Shown: in pieces, positions 60,571 through 64,000 of the stretch
Position numbering within the stretch: position 1 is the first letter of the stretch
How the letters are laid out: every line of letters begins with the position of its first letter
Notes under the pieces: generated by a model
The model's input: only the letters and a program-made list of their open reading frames with translations
Databases searched by the model: none
What the model was told of the DNA's origin: nothing
Made by a program: the position numbers and the translations under genes
Source of the DNA: Takakia lepidozioides
Taxonomy: Eukaryota > Plantae > Bryophyta
Length of the DNA: 64,000 nt
Reading direction: 5' to 3'
Assembly: GCA_030704615.1 (NCBI GenBank)
Contig: CM060732.1
Span: 57,660,001 to 57,724,000, forward strand

Positions 60571-61850
60571 GACTATGACATCGATTTTTGGATCAAAGCA
60601 ATCTCCAAAATTGGTCGTAATGCAAAAAAAAACTGCTTACGATATTACCAAACAACGATCGAAGGATACCCACAAAAAATTCGTAGAATCATACTATAAA
60701 ATGCTACAAGACAAACCTTGTCTCGTCCATAAATCCATTTTTAGAACATCACCCTAGAGGCAATCCGAGATAATCAGGGAATACTACATACCTCTCCATC
60801 TTCCATAAATAAAGTCATACACCAATAAGCCACAATGCTATACCAACCGCAAACACATGCATGCTTTCAGCCATCCTTCCACATGCAACATTGTGCATGT
60901 CAAGCCAAACTTTACCCATGGCACGATATAGACGGATTTAAACTGGAACGGAGAGGGCCCCTAAACACGGATCTCAGTGCGCACCTTACCCCAGAAATAT
61001 ATCATTCATGTCTTTCAACGCTCTCTAACTCAAAAGCACTCGGGCCAGACAACATTCCAAACGATATACTCAAAGCACTAGACCCGCACCTACATCGGCT
61101 GATCCACCGTTTTTTTGTAATTTGCTATCAACTCCATCAAATTCCAACAAACTGGAAGAATAGCCGCACAATACTCATTTATAAAAAAGATGACCATATT
61201 CAACTGGGAAACTACAGGCCCATCGCTCTTGCAAATACCATATATAAACTATTTATCAGTACTGTGACCACCCTCCTTACGTCGTATGGAGAGCAATATC
61301 ACATTCTTAGTGACTCACAAGAGGTTTCTGAGCTACAAGAAGCACAACTAGACATATTCAGCTAATTATCTCTGCTCTGGAAGATACACGTTTAATCACC
61401 AAGACATATATATGCTATACATCGATTTCAAAAATGCATTTGGCTCCATTGATCATGCCAGAATGCTGGCTGTCATGACTGATCTAGGCTATCCACAGAT
61501 TCAGTCATGCTAATTGAAAATATCTACACAGATGCCACTACCACCTATTCTGGGCCATCATTTGGAGACACTTCGCCTATACCAATTCACAGAGGCACTA
61601 TACAAGGAGACACGCTTAGCCCATATCTATTCCTTATTTTTTTGGAGCCTCTCCTTTGATGGCTAGCTCGAGGTAACATATGATCTACCAATACATTACC
61701 TCAACCAACAACATCCCTGAGATGCATATGCAGATGACCAGCTTGTCTTGCTTTCCAACAAACCAACCCATCTTAATCGACAAATTAAAAAGCTTGAAAG
61801 ATTCAATAAATGGGTGGCGATGGAATTGAGCCTACATAAATGTATAATCC
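60571..61850 (+). pseudogene. LINE reverse transcriptase, degenerate
   Basis: KALGPDNIP...WKNSRTILIYKK...NYRPIALANTIYKLF, YIDFKNAFGSIDH, RGTIQGDTLSPYLF and AYADD near 61725-61740. Confidence 0.92.
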
Positions 61851-62328
61851 TTCATACTGCTACCTTCACACCTAAGCGGTATGAACAATTTGGATATAAA
61901 ATTTGAAAATTGTGGATGAAAATCACCTAAAAAACTAGGTTATGTATAGTATTTCACCAAGACTCGTCTGGCTACGGGTTGTAGCCTGGCATTGCACATA
62001 CCGACGAGCCGTTGATATCTAGTCCATAAAATCCGTGGGCATTTAGGGTCTCTCTCTAACCACTATATTTGGATGGTGGTTCTACAAAGACTCTCAAGAG
62101 TAGCAAACCTCTGAAGCATCTCCACCCAACAAATTTCATCTAAACTAAAACTTACTCAATACATGATATTAATAATATTTGACGCCTCCCAAAGGAAGCG
62201 TAAATTATTTGACAATGACAATCTATTGGCACCGTTGCAATTTCCATGGATTGAGTTTGCAGCATAATTGCAACACTGAAATTTTAGGATTTTGACTAGC
62301 GTTCCTAGTGGGCCCTTGAATATGATGA

Positions 62329-62345
62329 CACTACAAAAGAATTGT
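62329..62345 (+). mobile_element. Possible 5' terminus of a CACTA element running off the window
   Basis: CACTACAAAAGA resembles the canonical CACTACAAGAAA terminus. No partner terminus is visible. Confidence 0.3.
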
Positions 62346-64000
62346 GCTCCTTAAAATACAAAAAAAAAACCTTGTATTTTAGGAATTTCAATAATAATAC
62401 CAAAGTTTTATTCGAACTTCGAGGAAGGGCAAATCAAAAGCCCATCTGTCCTTCGAATCCTCCAGACGCAGAATCGATTCCTGTTTGTAGTCTTTTCCCT
62501 GCTGCCACAGAATCTACTCATCCATAGCTTCATGCAGCCCCTTTAGTTATTGGTCACGGGCAGTGTCTCTTTTTTCATCCTCCATGGTTGTTTCATGAGG
62601 TTATTTTTTCCTCAATTTTATTAATAAAATTCTCCAGGGCCTCTGTCCCTGTTACTGGAAAAAAAAAAAACTGAAGTTTTTCCCCATATCCATATTTTTG
62701 CCCTCCACGCCAACTTATATGGCTGAAACTTAATGTTTTGAGGTAGCTTGCCAAGTAGTTCATGGTCTGTACATTTTCAATAGTATCATGGTTGTCAAGT
62801 TTATGGGCCTTTCATTTCTGCAGCTCAGCTTAGTGTTGGGCGTTAGAACCAGTGAATGTATATGTGCATATCCGGATGGAGAACCAATCACAACTGAGAA
62901 CCACTGGGACCACTGGGTATGAAGATGTGAAAAAAGATTCCATCCCCGGACACCCACGCCAAAATGCATAACGAGATGCATACCCGGACTTGTTGTTGAC
63001 TAAAAGTCCACCACGCAGATTAAGCTGAGGGTATACAAACTCCAAATATTCGGGTATAACCAGAACCTGCATGTATGCTAAAACTCTTATACCTACCCAA
63101 CAGTGGTTCAGCTGTCTAGGGTCACGCCCTAGGAGGGGGACCTCACCCGACGTAAAGAAACAACAAGGATTTTAGATTTTCATGGCTGTTATTTCCTCGA
63201 TCGGGCGACTTACAAGAGCGGGAACCCTAAGCAACTTGCATATGTCGTAATTACACATACGGTTCAAAAACGGAATGAAAAAAAAAATCATGTGCACGCG
63301 AAACGCAGTCCAACAGGTCCCACAGGTGCATCCTCTCCTCCTCCCCTCAAGAGGAAGAACCTTACGCGGCATAAGGTGCCATTCACCTGGCGGAAAATCC
63401 CGCCCCATAAGGTGCCATCCTCTCAAACTAAGAAATCCTGGCCAGGTCTTCATTGTGTCTCTATGTACTCGTACATCTACATACTGTTATAAGTCTAGTA
63501 TTACACCACCTTGAACTGGAGGAAAACATCAGCACTTATTAGAGCCGAAGCTAATCTGAAACTGAAACGAATAACTTAAACATCAGATAACTGTTTCGAG
63601 AGCTTGAAACTACCTTCAAAGAGGTAATTGTGAGTTTCTCCGTGTGATTCAGGACTGTATCATCGGAATCGTGTCAAGTCAGTGAATATATCGTACCGAC
63701 CAACTAACCCTACGGTCCTCTTGACGGATGAAAGCGACGGAGAAAAGAAATGCGAGAGATGGATGAAATTCACGCTTCTTAAACAAAGAAGATGGAAGAC
63801 TAATTGGAGTCGTGATCGCGATCTGCAGAGCGAGAGAGAAAGAGAGAGAGAGAGCGATCTGAAGATCGAGAGTAGTCATCTTGTTGCTGATACGCGGATT
63901 TGAGCTTGCAGATCATGCCATGGTTTTGAGCACCGGACACAGGTATCGGGAAATTAGGCAGGATTACGGGAACAAATTGTATACAGCAAGTTGAGAGTGA

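Overview
Transposon-dense eukaryotic DNA from a land plant. A bryophyte-grade host is my inference from the gene content and the mitochondrial-type rRNA fragment. One intact host gene is present: a six-exon LAG1/ASC1/LOH-type ceramide synthase (12001-15006, minus strand). Other host-derived pieces are a broken MAMYB-like SANT gene, PPR fragments and a mitochondrial rrn18 insertion. The rest is Ty3/Gypsy, Ty1/Copia and LINE remnants plus a family of large Mutator-like (MULE) DNA transposons. The best copy (element A, 46865-60561) has TIRs and a 9-bp TSD (CCTATGAAT) and carries two divergently oriented genes. One is a GCM-type Zn-finger/DDE/SWIM transposase. The other is an intron-containing gene encoding a ParB/Srx-like domain (VWDGNHR) followed by a prokaryote-type beta-class N6/N4 DNA methyltransferase fold. 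The non-coding DNA of the element (subterminal regions, intergenic spacer and most introns) is studded with a long CG-rich palindrome built on CGGCGCCG. Its flanks differ between family members through compensatory changes, and a variant also sits inside a neighbouring LTR retroelement. A diverged, truncated second copy (B, from 27064) and two further relics (C, D) lie in the same window. Leading hypothesis (inference, untested): a transposon-encoded ParB-methyltransferase plus parS-like target arrays forming a self-marking or anti-silencing system. All family ORFs here carry frameshifts or stops, and the domain calls come from motif recognition by eye, not database searches.
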